DNA from: an uncultured candidate division Zixibacteria bacterium
GTDB lineage: Bacteria; Zixibacteria; MSB-5A5; UBA10806; 4484-95
Direction of reading: 5' to 3'
NCBI GenBank assembly: GCA_963668625.2
Contig: CAXXKA010000008.1
Location: 256,001-320,000, forward strand
DNA length: 64,000 nt
The notes beneath the pieces are model-generated. The model had not been told where the DNA came from. It searched no databases and saw only the letters and a program-made list of their open reading frames with translations. Positions 20,537-28,901 of this stretch are shown piece by piece. Made by a program: the position numbers and the translations under genes. Every line of letters begins with the position of its first letter. Position 1 is the stretch's first letter.

Positions 20537-21001
20537 ATGTCATCGATTTTAGCAACACTGTGCTACCTTCGTAAAGGTAGGCAAACCCTGATGCTTCACC
20601 GGGTGAAAAAAGAGAACGATATGCACGAGGGCAAATACAACGGCCTGGGCGGCAAGTTCGAACCCGGCGAATCGCCCGAGCAATGCGCTATACGCGAGGT
20701 GGAGGAGGAATCGGGTCTGACCATGATCGAGCCGGTCATGCGTGGTTTTATCACGTTCCCCAATTTCGATGGTACCAACGACTGGTACGTGTTCATATTC
20801 ACCGCAGATAAATCCGAGGGCGAGATGATAGTCTCCAACGAGGGCAACCTGGAGTGGATAGACAACGATAAACTTCTGGATTTGAACCTCTGGGACGGTG
20901 ATAAAATCTTTCTCAAGTGGCTTGGTGATGATAAATATTTCTCGGCCAAATTCATTTACGATAACGGCGAGTTGATAAGCCATTCGGTGGAGTTTTATTA
21001 A
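20537..21001 (+). CDS. NUDIX hydrolase, 8-oxo-dGTP diphosphatase (MutX-like)
   Basis: ATLCYL, GKYNGLGGKFEPGESPEQCAIREVEEESGL (Nudix box), LWDGD. Confidence 0.9.
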   Translation: MSSILATLCYLRKGRQTLMLHRVKKENDMHEGKYNGLGGKFEPGESPEQCAIREVEEESGLTMIEPVMRGFITFPNFDGTNDWYVFIFTADKSEGEMIVSNEGNLEWIDNDKLLDLNLWDGDKIFLKWLGDDKYFSAKFIYDNGELISHSVEFY

Positions 21002-21146
21002 GAGGATGTTGTTAGTAAAGTAGGTCAAGCCAACCTGGGGCTTGCCTGCCTATCTGTGGACTAACCAGCCTCCGATGTTGATAATACATTGTGACCTGCA
21101 GGCGTCCCTGCCTGCCGCTATATAAAACATCACAGGAGAAACATCG
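20999..21146 (+). repeat. Type-1 spacer copy a (CTD-tail remnant, GTAG-REP hairpin, second hairpin, SD)
   Basis: TAAGAGGATGTTGTTAGTAAAGTAGGTCAAGCC..GGCTTG, then GCAGGCGTCCCTGCCTGC and ACATCACAGGAGA; homologous to 24411-24522 and 25755-25867. Confidence 0.75.
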
Positions 21147-22367
21147 ATGAAAATAAAAATACTGATCATTCTTCTGATGATATTATTGCCAACAGCCCTC
21201 CCCGCTCAAACATACGGCTGGATGGATTTGAGTGATAATCTGCCCGATCATTCCGGATCACCAGGAATTAACAGTGTGTTTTTTGTAGGTGAAAAGGGCT
21301 GGTTAACGACATGCACTGCAACAGTTATATTTTATACCGATAATGCCGGGCAATCGTTCGAGATACAAGAAATGCCGACAAGCATAAATGAAGTTTATAT
21401 GTTGGATGAAAACCGTGGATTTGCCGCCGGGAGCAGTGGCGCTGTTTTCTATACCGAGAACTCCGGGGCTAATTGGAATCTAATAAGTTTATCTTTCCCG
21501 TCTAATGTGAGGGGTATAGATTTCCCCCCGGGCTCCGAGGTCGGATTTATTTGCGGCGATAACGGCTGGGTGGCTAAAGTATGTGCCGATAGTGTATACG
21601 AGCTTGCAGATCTCGCCGTGGCCGGAATGACCGCGATTTCCTGCCCCGAATCGATAAACCAGGCCTGGGTATGTGGCGGTTCGATAATCCGTCACTATTT
21701 AAACGGTGAATGGCTGGCCGATCAAAGCGCGACGCTGGGATACTGGGCAACCTTACACATGTACGATAATTCTTTCGGCTGGGCCGGGGGTGATGGCGGA
21801 ATGATAATACATACCGAGAATGGGTATAATTGGGTACGGCAAGATAATCCGGATACTTTAGAATCTGTTGTATCCAACATTTTTAGCCTCGACTCATTAC
21901 AGGCGTACGCGGTCAGTCATATAGTTCTTCACACCACGGATGGCGGAGTCACCTGGGTGGAGGAAGCGCAAAACATAGATTACCATCATTTTCTAATTGA
22001 CGTATTCGCGGTTGATGAGCATAATGTTTACGTAGTTGGGCAGGAGAACACATTCATGAAATATGGTGAACTGACGGGCATAGAGGAAACCACACCACTG
22101 CCATCAGGGATAAGCCTTCACCAGAACTACCCCAATCCGTTCAATGCTAAAACATCCATAAGATTCGACCTGGATATACAGTCTCAGGTAACACTCGATA
22201 TATACAACGTACTGGGCGAGAGAGTATCCACACTTGCTGATGGTATCTACCCGGCCGGCAATCACACAATCTCGTTTGATGCCTCCCCCTATGCCAGCGG
22301 CGTATATTTCTACAAGCTCGATACGGGGGGGTACATCGAGACTAAGACGATGCTGTTTATAAAATAA
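21147..22367 (+). CDS. Secreted YCF48/BNR-repeat beta-propeller protein with T9SS-type-A-like CTD (paralog A)
   Basis: Signal peptide ending at AQTYGW, TxDGGxTW repeats, C-terminal LHQNYPNPFN...SGVYFYKL...KTMLFIK. Confidence 0.88.
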   Translation: MKIKILIILLMILLPTALPAQTYGWMDLSDNLPDHSGSPGINSVFFVGEKGWLTTCTATVIFYTDNAGQSFEIQEMPTSINEVYMLDENRGFAAGSSGAVFYTENSGANWNLISLSFPSNVRGIDFPPGSEVGFICGDNGWVAKVCADSVYELADLAVAGMTAISCPESINQAWVCGGSIIRHYLNGEWLADQSATLGYWATLHMYDNSFGWAGGDGGMIIHTENGYNWVRQDNPDTLESVVSNIFSLDSLQAYAVSHIVLHTTDGGVTWVEEAQNIDYHHFLIDVFAVDEHNVYVVGQENTFMKYGELTGIEETTPLPSGISLHQNYPNPFNAKTSIRFDLDIQSQVTLDIYNVLGERVSTLADGIYPAGNHTISFDASPYASGVYFYKLDTGGYIETKTMLFIK

Positions 22368-22390
22368 ATTTGTCCCTACATTGAAAACCA

Positions 22391-22596
22391 ACTGTCATTC
22401 CCGAGAAATCCCCGTAAGGGGTGCCTACGGCATAGGAATCTCCCGGCATGGGCAGACAGGTTACCAGATTCCTGTTTTCGCGCGAATGATATTTTGTCTT
22501 TTGATTTAGGGGTGAAGTTCACTTTAACCTGATGTCAACCGGATGTTAAATTCAATCATTCTGGCAAATTCAGGGTACAGCGAGCTCCACCCAATT
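22391..22596. repeat. Type-2 spacer copy a (GTCATTCCC-type IR pair plus inverted REP doublet)
   Basis: Collinear with 27108-27312, with an extra nested CCGTAAGG-GGTG-CCTACGG hairpin. Confidence 0.65.
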
Positions 22597-22740
22597 ATAA
22601 GCGATCACTCATTTCATAGAACTGATAAATAAACTCTTTAAACAGCCATAAACCGTAACTTATACTTGTCAAAATCAGTATTTTTATTATCTTATTTAAA
22701 ACTATTAGATATTAATAATCTAAAAGGAAGGGGTAATTAT

Positions 22741-24414
22741 ATGAAACTCAGAATGATCTTAATAATAGCATTAATGATTCAATCGACAATATCATCGCGC
22801 GCCCAGACACCGTTCGAGGAGATACCCGACTGGCTGTCGGTGGAGGACTACGCCTATGGAACCGGCTGCGAGTTCGGCGATCTTGACGGGGACGGCTATC
22901 TCGACCTGATCGTCTCCAATGGCAATGATATGCTTATGGCGCCCAATTTCGTATATATCAACTTCGATGGCGTGATTAATAACGAGGTCACGTTCATGTC
23001 CTGGGATTCGCTGTATTCGGGGCATTGCGAATTCGGCGATATCAACAATGACGGTTACCCCGAGATTATGGTGGCCAACTATATCTCACCTGACTGGCGT
23101 CCCGGCTCGGTACAGATATATCCTAACGATGGCGGTATTCCCGAGGGCCTGCCCAGTTGGATGCCGGATGATTCGATTTACACCTTCCGCTCATCTTTTG
23201 GCGATCCCGACGGCGATGGCGATCTCGACCTGGCAGTGGCAACCGGCGAGGCCTATCATCACGAGTACCGTCAGAATATGATATTTTTCAACCATGATGG
23301 CGTACTCGAAGCTACTCCCGGCTGGATATCAGAGGATTACGATTGCGCCTATGATGTGCAATTCGTGGATATCGACGGTGACGCCGATCAGGATCTGGCT
23401 ATACTTACCTCCGGTGGGCCCGTGAAAATCTATTATAACGAGCAGGGCACGATTCAAACGCTGCCCGGCTGGGTCTCTGAGGATGACGACAACGGCAACT
23501 CATTCGATTTCGCCGACTTGAACGGTGATGGTTTTCTCGATATGGGCGTAGCCAACAACACCCAGCTTGACGGCTCGGGATATTTCAATATTTACTACTC
23601 GATAAGCGGCGGCCTGCCCACCTCCCCCGACTGGCAGTCCTCCACCACCGGTTATGGCTCCGAGGCGGTGTTCTGCGATATCGATGGTGACGGCGACCAG
23701 GATTTCATTACCGGTAGATGGTTCGAGCTTATCTATATCTATCTCAACAACGATGGCGTGTTCAACACCGAGCCCGACTGGCAATGCGACAGCGACTACG
23801 AACTTGTGGTAGAAAATATAGCCTTCGCCGATATCGACTACGCTGAGGAGGATCTGACTATCGAGACATTCTTAAGCTACGGCGTGCGCAAACTGTTTTA
23901 CTTAAGCGATAGATACATTCAGAATATCGAATTTATCCGTGTGGATGGCGAGATACTGCCAATATCCGAGTACTGCTATAACATTCAGGACTGCTGGATA
24001 TCGCTTAAGGATACGCCTGTCACCTCGGCAACTGTTTACTACCGCACCTCCGAGACCAAGGACATGGCGGTATCAAACTGGGATGGCTCTACTTACATAT
24101 TCTACAATACGGGGCAAACGGGTATATATAATGGTTTCGTGCAAACCCCAAAAGCGGTAAGCCTTCACCAGGCATACCCCAACCCGTTTAACGCTAGAAC
24201 CAGCATCTCGTTTTCTCTGGAATATCCAGGGCAGGTTAGTTTGAGCATATATGATTTAAACGGAAGATTCGTTAATATGCTGACTGATACGTATTACCCG
24301 GCAGGCAACCACAGCTTAACCTGGGATGCCTCCCCCTACGCCAGCGGTATATATTTCTATAAACTCGATACAGGAGATTACACCGAGACTAAGAAGATGT
24401 TGTTGATAAAGTAG
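22741..24414 (+). CDS. Secreted FG-GAP/VCBS-repeat protein with T9SS-type-A-like CTD (gene B)
   Basis: ATG 22741 after AAGGAAGGGG, repeated DLDGDGYLDL-type motifs, CTD AYPNPFN...KKMLLIK. Confidence 0.88.
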   Translation: MKLRMILIIALMIQSTISSRAQTPFEEIPDWLSVEDYAYGTGCEFGDLDGDGYLDLIVSNGNDMLMAPNFVYINFDGVINNEVTFMSWDSLYSGHCEFGDINNDGYPEIMVANYISPDWRPGSVQIYPNDGGIPEGLPSWMPDDSIYTFRSSFGDPDGDGDLDLAVATGEAYHHEYRQNMIFFNHDGVLEATPGWISEDYDCAYDVQFVDIDGDADQDLAILTSGGPVKIYYNEQGTIQTLPGWVSEDDDNGNSFDFADLNGDGFLDMGVANNTQLDGSGYFNIYYSISGGLPTSPDWQSSTTGYGSEAVFCDIDGDGDQDFITGRWFELIYIYLNNDGVFNTEPDWQCDSDYELVVENIAFADIDYAEEDLTIETFLSYGVRKLFYLSDRYIQNIEFIRVDGEILPISEYCYNIQDCWISLKDTPVTSATVYYRTSETKDMAVSNWDGSTYIFYNTGQTGIYNGFVQTPKAVSLHQAYPNPFNARTSISFSLEYPGQVSLSIYDLNGRFVNMLTDTYYPAGNHSLTWDASPYASGIYFYKLDTGDYTETKKMLLIK

Positions 24415-24522
24415 GTCAAGCCTACTTGGGGCTTGACTAACCCGCGCTGATATTGAAAATAGCGTTGTGGCTGGCAGACGTCTCCGTCTGCCGCATAGAA
24501 ATAACATCGCAGGAGAACACCG
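24411..24522 (+). repeat. Type-1 spacer copy b
   Basis: GTAG (contains the TAG stop), GTCAAGCC-TACTTGG-GGCTTGAC, GGCAGACG-TCTC-CGTCTGCC, SD AGGAG. Confidence 0.85.
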
Positions 24523-25758
24523 ATGAAAACAAAAACGCTAATTACCCTACTGATACTATCACTACCCATAACCCTCCTCGCCCAAACCTACGGCTGGATG
24601 AATTTGAGCGACAGGATTAACTCCGAGATAGGAGTTGCCCTGCTCGAGGATGTTCAATTCATCGGGCAGGAGGGATGGATCGCCTCATGGAATTACTCCG
24701 GAGGCGCGGGCGAGATATTCCACACAACCGATGGCGGCCGCACGTTCGAGATACAGACTACGATGTGCGCGACGCGGACTATTTGGATGTTAAGCAATAC
24801 AGTTGGATATTGCGCCGGAGTATCGGGAATAGTGCTAAAAACCATCGATGGCGGAGATACCTGGAATTACCATGGAACAACCGGCGCTAATAGTATCATG
24901 GATATATGCTTTCCACCAGGCAGCGATACCGGCTTTTATTGCGGCACTAACGGGGCAAACGGAAGAATTACCGAGGATGGAGTCATAATCGATACAGTAT
25001 ATACCCCGTATGATCTGGAATCATTATCATTCGCTTTCCCTGATGAGGGTTATTGCTGCGGAGAATGGGGCATTTATCACTATCTTGACGGCGCCTGGTG
25101 CAGGGATCAGTATTATAGGCATGAGTATCATATGGGTATTCATTTTCAAGAGGGAACTACGTTGGGTTGGATTGCCTGTGATGATGGTAATATCGATCAT
25201 ACGACAGATGGCTATGATTGGTACATGCAACCTTCACCAGATTCCAACGATATATCGCTTATAAGTGTATGCTTTATTGATACGAGTCAGGGATGGACAG
25301 CGGGCTGGGGTGGTTTAATTTTGCATACTACCAATGGTGGCCAGGACTGGGAGCGAGTGGCGGATGGCTTAACCGATAACTCTTTTACGACCATATTCGC
25401 GGTAAGCAGCACGGAGGTTTACGCGGTAGGCGTGAATGGTACATTCCTCAAGTACGGAGATATGACAGGTATTGATGATAACAAACAGTTGCCCGCACGT
25501 GTAAGCCTTCACCAGAACTACCCCAACCCGTTCAACGTTTCAACCTCTATACGATTTGAATTGAATAGACAGTCGCAAATAACGCTCGATATTTATAATG
25601 TGCTTGGCAGTAAGATAACTACGATCACCAATGGCATCTACCCGGCTGGCAATCACGCTGTCTCGTTTGATGCCTCCCCCTACGCCAGCGGCATATATTT
25701 CTATAAGCTCGATACAGGAGATTACACAGAGACTAAGAAGATGTTGCTGATAAAGTAG
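24523..25758 (+). CDS. Secreted YCF48/BNR-repeat protein with CTD (paralog C)
   Basis: AQTYGW, HTTDGGRTF, KTIDGGDTW, HTTNGGQDW, CTD. Confidence 0.88.
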   Translation: MKTKTLITLLILSLPITLLAQTYGWMNLSDRINSEIGVALLEDVQFIGQEGWIASWNYSGGAGEIFHTTDGGRTFEIQTTMCATRTIWMLSNTVGYCAGVSGIVLKTIDGGDTWNYHGTTGANSIMDICFPPGSDTGFYCGTNGANGRITEDGVIIDTVYTPYDLESLSFAFPDEGYCCGEWGIYHYLDGAWCRDQYYRHEYHMGIHFQEGTTLGWIACDDGNIDHTTDGYDWYMQPSPDSNDISLISVCFIDTSQGWTAGWGGLILHTTNGGQDWERVADGLTDNSFTTIFAVSSTEVYAVGVNGTFLKYGDMTGIDDNKQLPARVSLHQNYPNPFNVSTSIRFELNRQSQITLDIYNVLGSKITTITNGIYPAGNHAVSFDASPYASGIYFYKLDTGDYTETKKMLLIK

Positions 25759-25867
25759 GTCAAGCCTACTTGGGGCTTGACTAACCCGCGCCTGATATTG
25801 AAAATAACATCGTGGCTGGAAGACGTCCTTGTCTGCTGCAGTAAATGACATCTCAGGAGAAAAACGG
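25755..25867 (+). repeat. Type-1 spacer copy c
   Basis: First ~37 nt identical to copy b; second hairpin degenerate. Confidence 0.85.
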
Positions 25868-27103
25868 ATGAAAAAACAGATACTACTTATCATGCTGATC
25901 CTTTCGCTCCCCATGAACCTCCTCGCTCAAACCTGTGGCTGGATGGATTTGAGCGATAATATACCCTCTGTGAATGAAATCGCGCCTTTGTTAGATGTTG
26001 ATGTTATTGGTGATGAGGTATGGATTACAAGTAGTGGTGAAAACAGGATTTATTATAGTGATGGCGGCGGCTCAACCGAGTTCTCCTACATTGAAACCCC
26101 CTTCGAGCCATACTCGATCTATATGTTGACGCCGTTAGTCGGATACTGCGGCAGCGACGGGGCGGTTTATCGCACCAATGATGGTTGGCAAACATGGGGA
26201 CTACTTTTCCCATTGGCGGGATCATGGGTTACCTGTATTGATTTTCCATCCAATAGTGAACCCGGTTTTTTGAGCACTCTTGGTGGAAATACATATTTAG
26301 TAGATTCCACCGGTTTAACGGAAGTACCTATCGATGTGAGCGTGTCATTGTATAGTATATGTTTTCCTGAGTCATCCGATTTAGGCTGGGTTTGCGGCGA
26401 GGATATCTTATTCCAATTCATAGATAGCGTATGGATTGGAAGGGGAACGCCATTATGGGGCGTTAGCGGAGTTTGTTTTATAGATAATCTTAATGGTTGG
26501 GTCGTGGGGTATGATCTTCAAGGTAACGGGCAAATAGCGCATACATCAAATGGATTGAATTTTACTCTGCAAACCGATCCTAATCCCGAATTGGCGTGCC
26601 TTACAGATGTTGCTTTCTGTGATGATGGTTTGAACGGCTGGGCAATCGGTAATCGAGGTAAAATTCTTCACACGACAAACGGCGGTGAGACCTGGGTGCA
26701 GGAGGCTGAAGATATTAGCGAGAGGCTATTGAATGATATAGTAGCAGTTGATGAGCACACCGCATACATTGCCGGGGGGTATAACACATTCCTGAAATAC
26801 GGCGAGCTTACCAGTGTTGATTATAAGCAACCGTTGCCCTCGCGGGTAAGCCTTCACCAGAACTACCCCAACCCGTTCAACGCTACAACATCCATACGAT
26901 TTGAATTACCAGAGCAAATGGATGTCACATTACTGATATATAACCTGCTCGGGGTAAAGGTCGCAACACTCGCGAACGATAGTTACCCAGCCGGTGGCCA
27001 TATCATCAATTGGGATGCCTCCCCATACGCCAGCGGCATATATTTCTATAAACTCGATACAGGAGATTACACCGAGACTAAGAAGATGTTACTGATTAAA
27101 TAA
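25868..27103 (+). CDS. Secreted YCF48/BNR-repeat protein with CTD (paralog D)
   Basis: ATG 25868 after AGGAG, AQTCGW, RTNDGWQTW, HTTNGGETW, CTD. Confidence 0.88.
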   Translation: MKKQILLIMLILSLPMNLLAQTCGWMDLSDNIPSVNEIAPLLDVDVIGDEVWITSSGENRIYYSDGGGSTEFSYIETPFEPYSIYMLTPLVGYCGSDGAVYRTNDGWQTWGLLFPLAGSWVTCIDFPSNSEPGFLSTLGGNTYLVDSTGLTEVPIDVSVSLYSICFPESSDLGWVCGEDILFQFIDSVWIGRGTPLWGVSGVCFIDNLNGWVVGYDLQGNGQIAHTSNGLNFTLQTDPNPELACLTDVAFCDDGLNGWAIGNRGKILHTTNGGETWVQEAEDISERLLNDIVAVDEHTAYIAGGYNTFLKYGELTSVDYKQPLPSRVSLHQNYPNPFNATTSIRFELPEQMDVTLLIYNLLGVKVATLANDSYPAGGHIINWDASPYASGIYFYKLDTGDYTETKKMLLIK

Positions 27104-27107
27104 AAAA

Positions 27108-27312
27108 ACTGTCATTCCCACAAAAGTGGGAAACTCCCGGCATTAGCAAACTGACAAACAGACCCCCGTTTTCACGGGAATGACATTCTTACTGCTTGTA
27201 GGGGCAAAGTTAACTTTACCCTGATAAGATCGGCCACACTGCTTGAAATATGCATAACATCAATTACAAGCATTCTGCCAAACCCAGGGTAGAGCGAGTT
27301 CTACCCCTACAA
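27108..27312. repeat. Type-2 spacer copy b
   Basis: GTCATTCCCACAAAAGTGGGAA...CACGGGAATGAC, then GTAGGGGCAAAGTTAACTTTACCCTG...CAGGGTAGAGCGAGTTCTACCCCTAC (inverted GTAG-REP doublet). Confidence 0.75.
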
Positions 27313-27361
27313 CGCCGTGATTGACAGAGTCCCATGCTTTCAATCCCAATGAATATTATAG

Positions 27362-27389
27362 TTGACAAACAGTCGCCGCACACTATATT
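27362..27389 (+). promoter_or_regulatory. sigma70-like promoter
   Basis: TTGACA-N16-TATATT. Confidence 0.5.
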
Positions 27390-27456
27390 TACATTATTGG
27401 GAGAGTTTCTAATTTCAATACAATTTATCATTTAACTCTATAAAGCGAGGTGCGTA

Positions 27457-28854
27457 ATGAAAACTAACGTGTCAATAATGATTGTGGCGCTTCTATGTTT
27501 CATGCTTGTCTTTAACGAATCAACCTCTGCCAGCACCATTAACATCCCAGCTGATTACCCGCATATACAGGATGGAATCGACGCCGCCAATGATGGTGAT
27601 ACTATTCTGGTAAATCCCGGCATTTACCTGGAAAATATCAATATCATGAAAGACCATATCGTGCTGGGCTCATTGTTTATTGTTACCGGTGATGAGTCCT
27701 ATATTGATGAAACGATCATCGATGGTGATTCGCTGGGGACTGTTATAAGAATGGGGGCCTACTTGAATGGAGCCGATGATGTTGTGATTGCTGGATTTAC
27801 GATTAAAAATGGCAATGGCGGCGGAATAAAATGTATCGGATCGTGTGAGATATCGAATAATATAATTCGCAATAACAGATCCCGTAAGGCGGGCGGGATT
27901 TATATCTATGGTAATGGCCTGATCATAAATAACCTGATCACTAAAAATCATGCCGGGGATGTCGGAGGTGGTATCGTATCGTATGGCGGTTCAAGTATCA
28001 TCAGAAACAACATTATCTCCCGCAATATCTCCGACCATACTACCGGCGGCGTACATATCGAGGATTCATATTATGTAACAGTCGAGAGCAATATAATTAT
28101 CGGAAATACCTCCGGAGGTAATGGAGGTGGCTTGATATTCTACACTGATAATACTCATTGCATCGTCAACAACAACCTGATCGCGAAAAATAGCTCGTCG
28201 GAAAATGCAGCCATGTCGTTTGCTTATGGAGATTACTATATGGCCAATAATACGATTGCCGATAACAGTGGTTCCGAATGCGGAATGCGCATTTGTGGCT
28301 TTGGTACCACAGTCGAAATGGTCAATAATATTCTCTGGAATAACGGCGGTACTGAAGTTTATGCCGGTGATGGTACACAGACACTTTTCTCGTACTGCGA
28401 TATTAGAGGAGGGTATTATGGCGAAGAGAATATCAATCTTAATCCGATGTTTTGTGATGTCGAAAATAACGATTACAACTTGATGGAGGAATCGCCGTGT
28501 ATCGGTACCGGCTATGAGGAGTCCAACATGGGAGCCTGCCCGGTTGGCTGCGAAAATATGGATATAGCAGATGACCCGGAGGGATTACCCACAGTCAGTA
28601 GCCTTCACCAGAACTACCCCAACCCATTCAACGCCACCACAAAAATAGAATTCAGCTTAGATCAAAGTCTGTACGTAAATCTCGAAATTTACAATATCCT
28701 GGGCGAGAGGATAAGCACGCCGGTAAATAATTACTTGGAAAAAGGTAACCATAGTATTATATTATTGTCAACAAACTTACCCACCGGGGTGTATTTCTAC
28801 AAGTTAAGAGCGGGAGAGTATAGTCAAACGAGGCGTATGTTATTACTGAAATAA
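27457..28854 (+). CDS. Secreted right-handed parallel beta-helix protein with CTD (gene E)
   Basis: IPADYPHIQDGIDAA..GDTILV.PG.Y.ENI, GGGI/IxxN repeats, SPCIGTG, CTD. Confidence 0.85.
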   Translation: MKTNVSIMIVALLCFMLVFNESTSASTINIPADYPHIQDGIDAANDGDTILVNPGIYLENINIMKDHIVLGSLFIVTGDESYIDETIIDGDSLGTVIRMGAYLNGADDVVIAGFTIKNGNGGGIKCIGSCEISNNIIRNNRSRKAGGIYIYGNGLIINNLITKNHAGDVGGGIVSYGGSSIIRNNIISRNISDHTTGGVHIEDSYYVTVESNIIIGNTSGGNGGGLIFYTDNTHCIVNNNLIAKNSSSENAAMSFAYGDYYMANNTIADNSGSECGMRICGFGTTVEMVNNILWNNGGTEVYAGDGTQTLFSYCDIRGGYYGEENINLNPMFCDVENNDYNLMEESPCIGTGYEESNMGACPVGCENMDIADDPEGLPTVSSLHQNYPNPFNATTKIEFSLDQSLYVNLEIYNILGERISTPVNNYLEKGNHSIILLSTNLPTGVYFYKLRAGEYSQTRRMLLLK

Positions 28855-28901
28855 TAGCGCGTATAACCGGGCTGTAAACAGCCGATTCGAAGGAGCGCTG
28901 T

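Noticed and set aside
21020-27312. CRISPR array or integron attC cassettes
   Set aside because: The repeats are kilobases apart and separated by whole genes with no spacer periodicity; no proper RYYYAAC...GTTRRRY boxes, cas genes or integrase.
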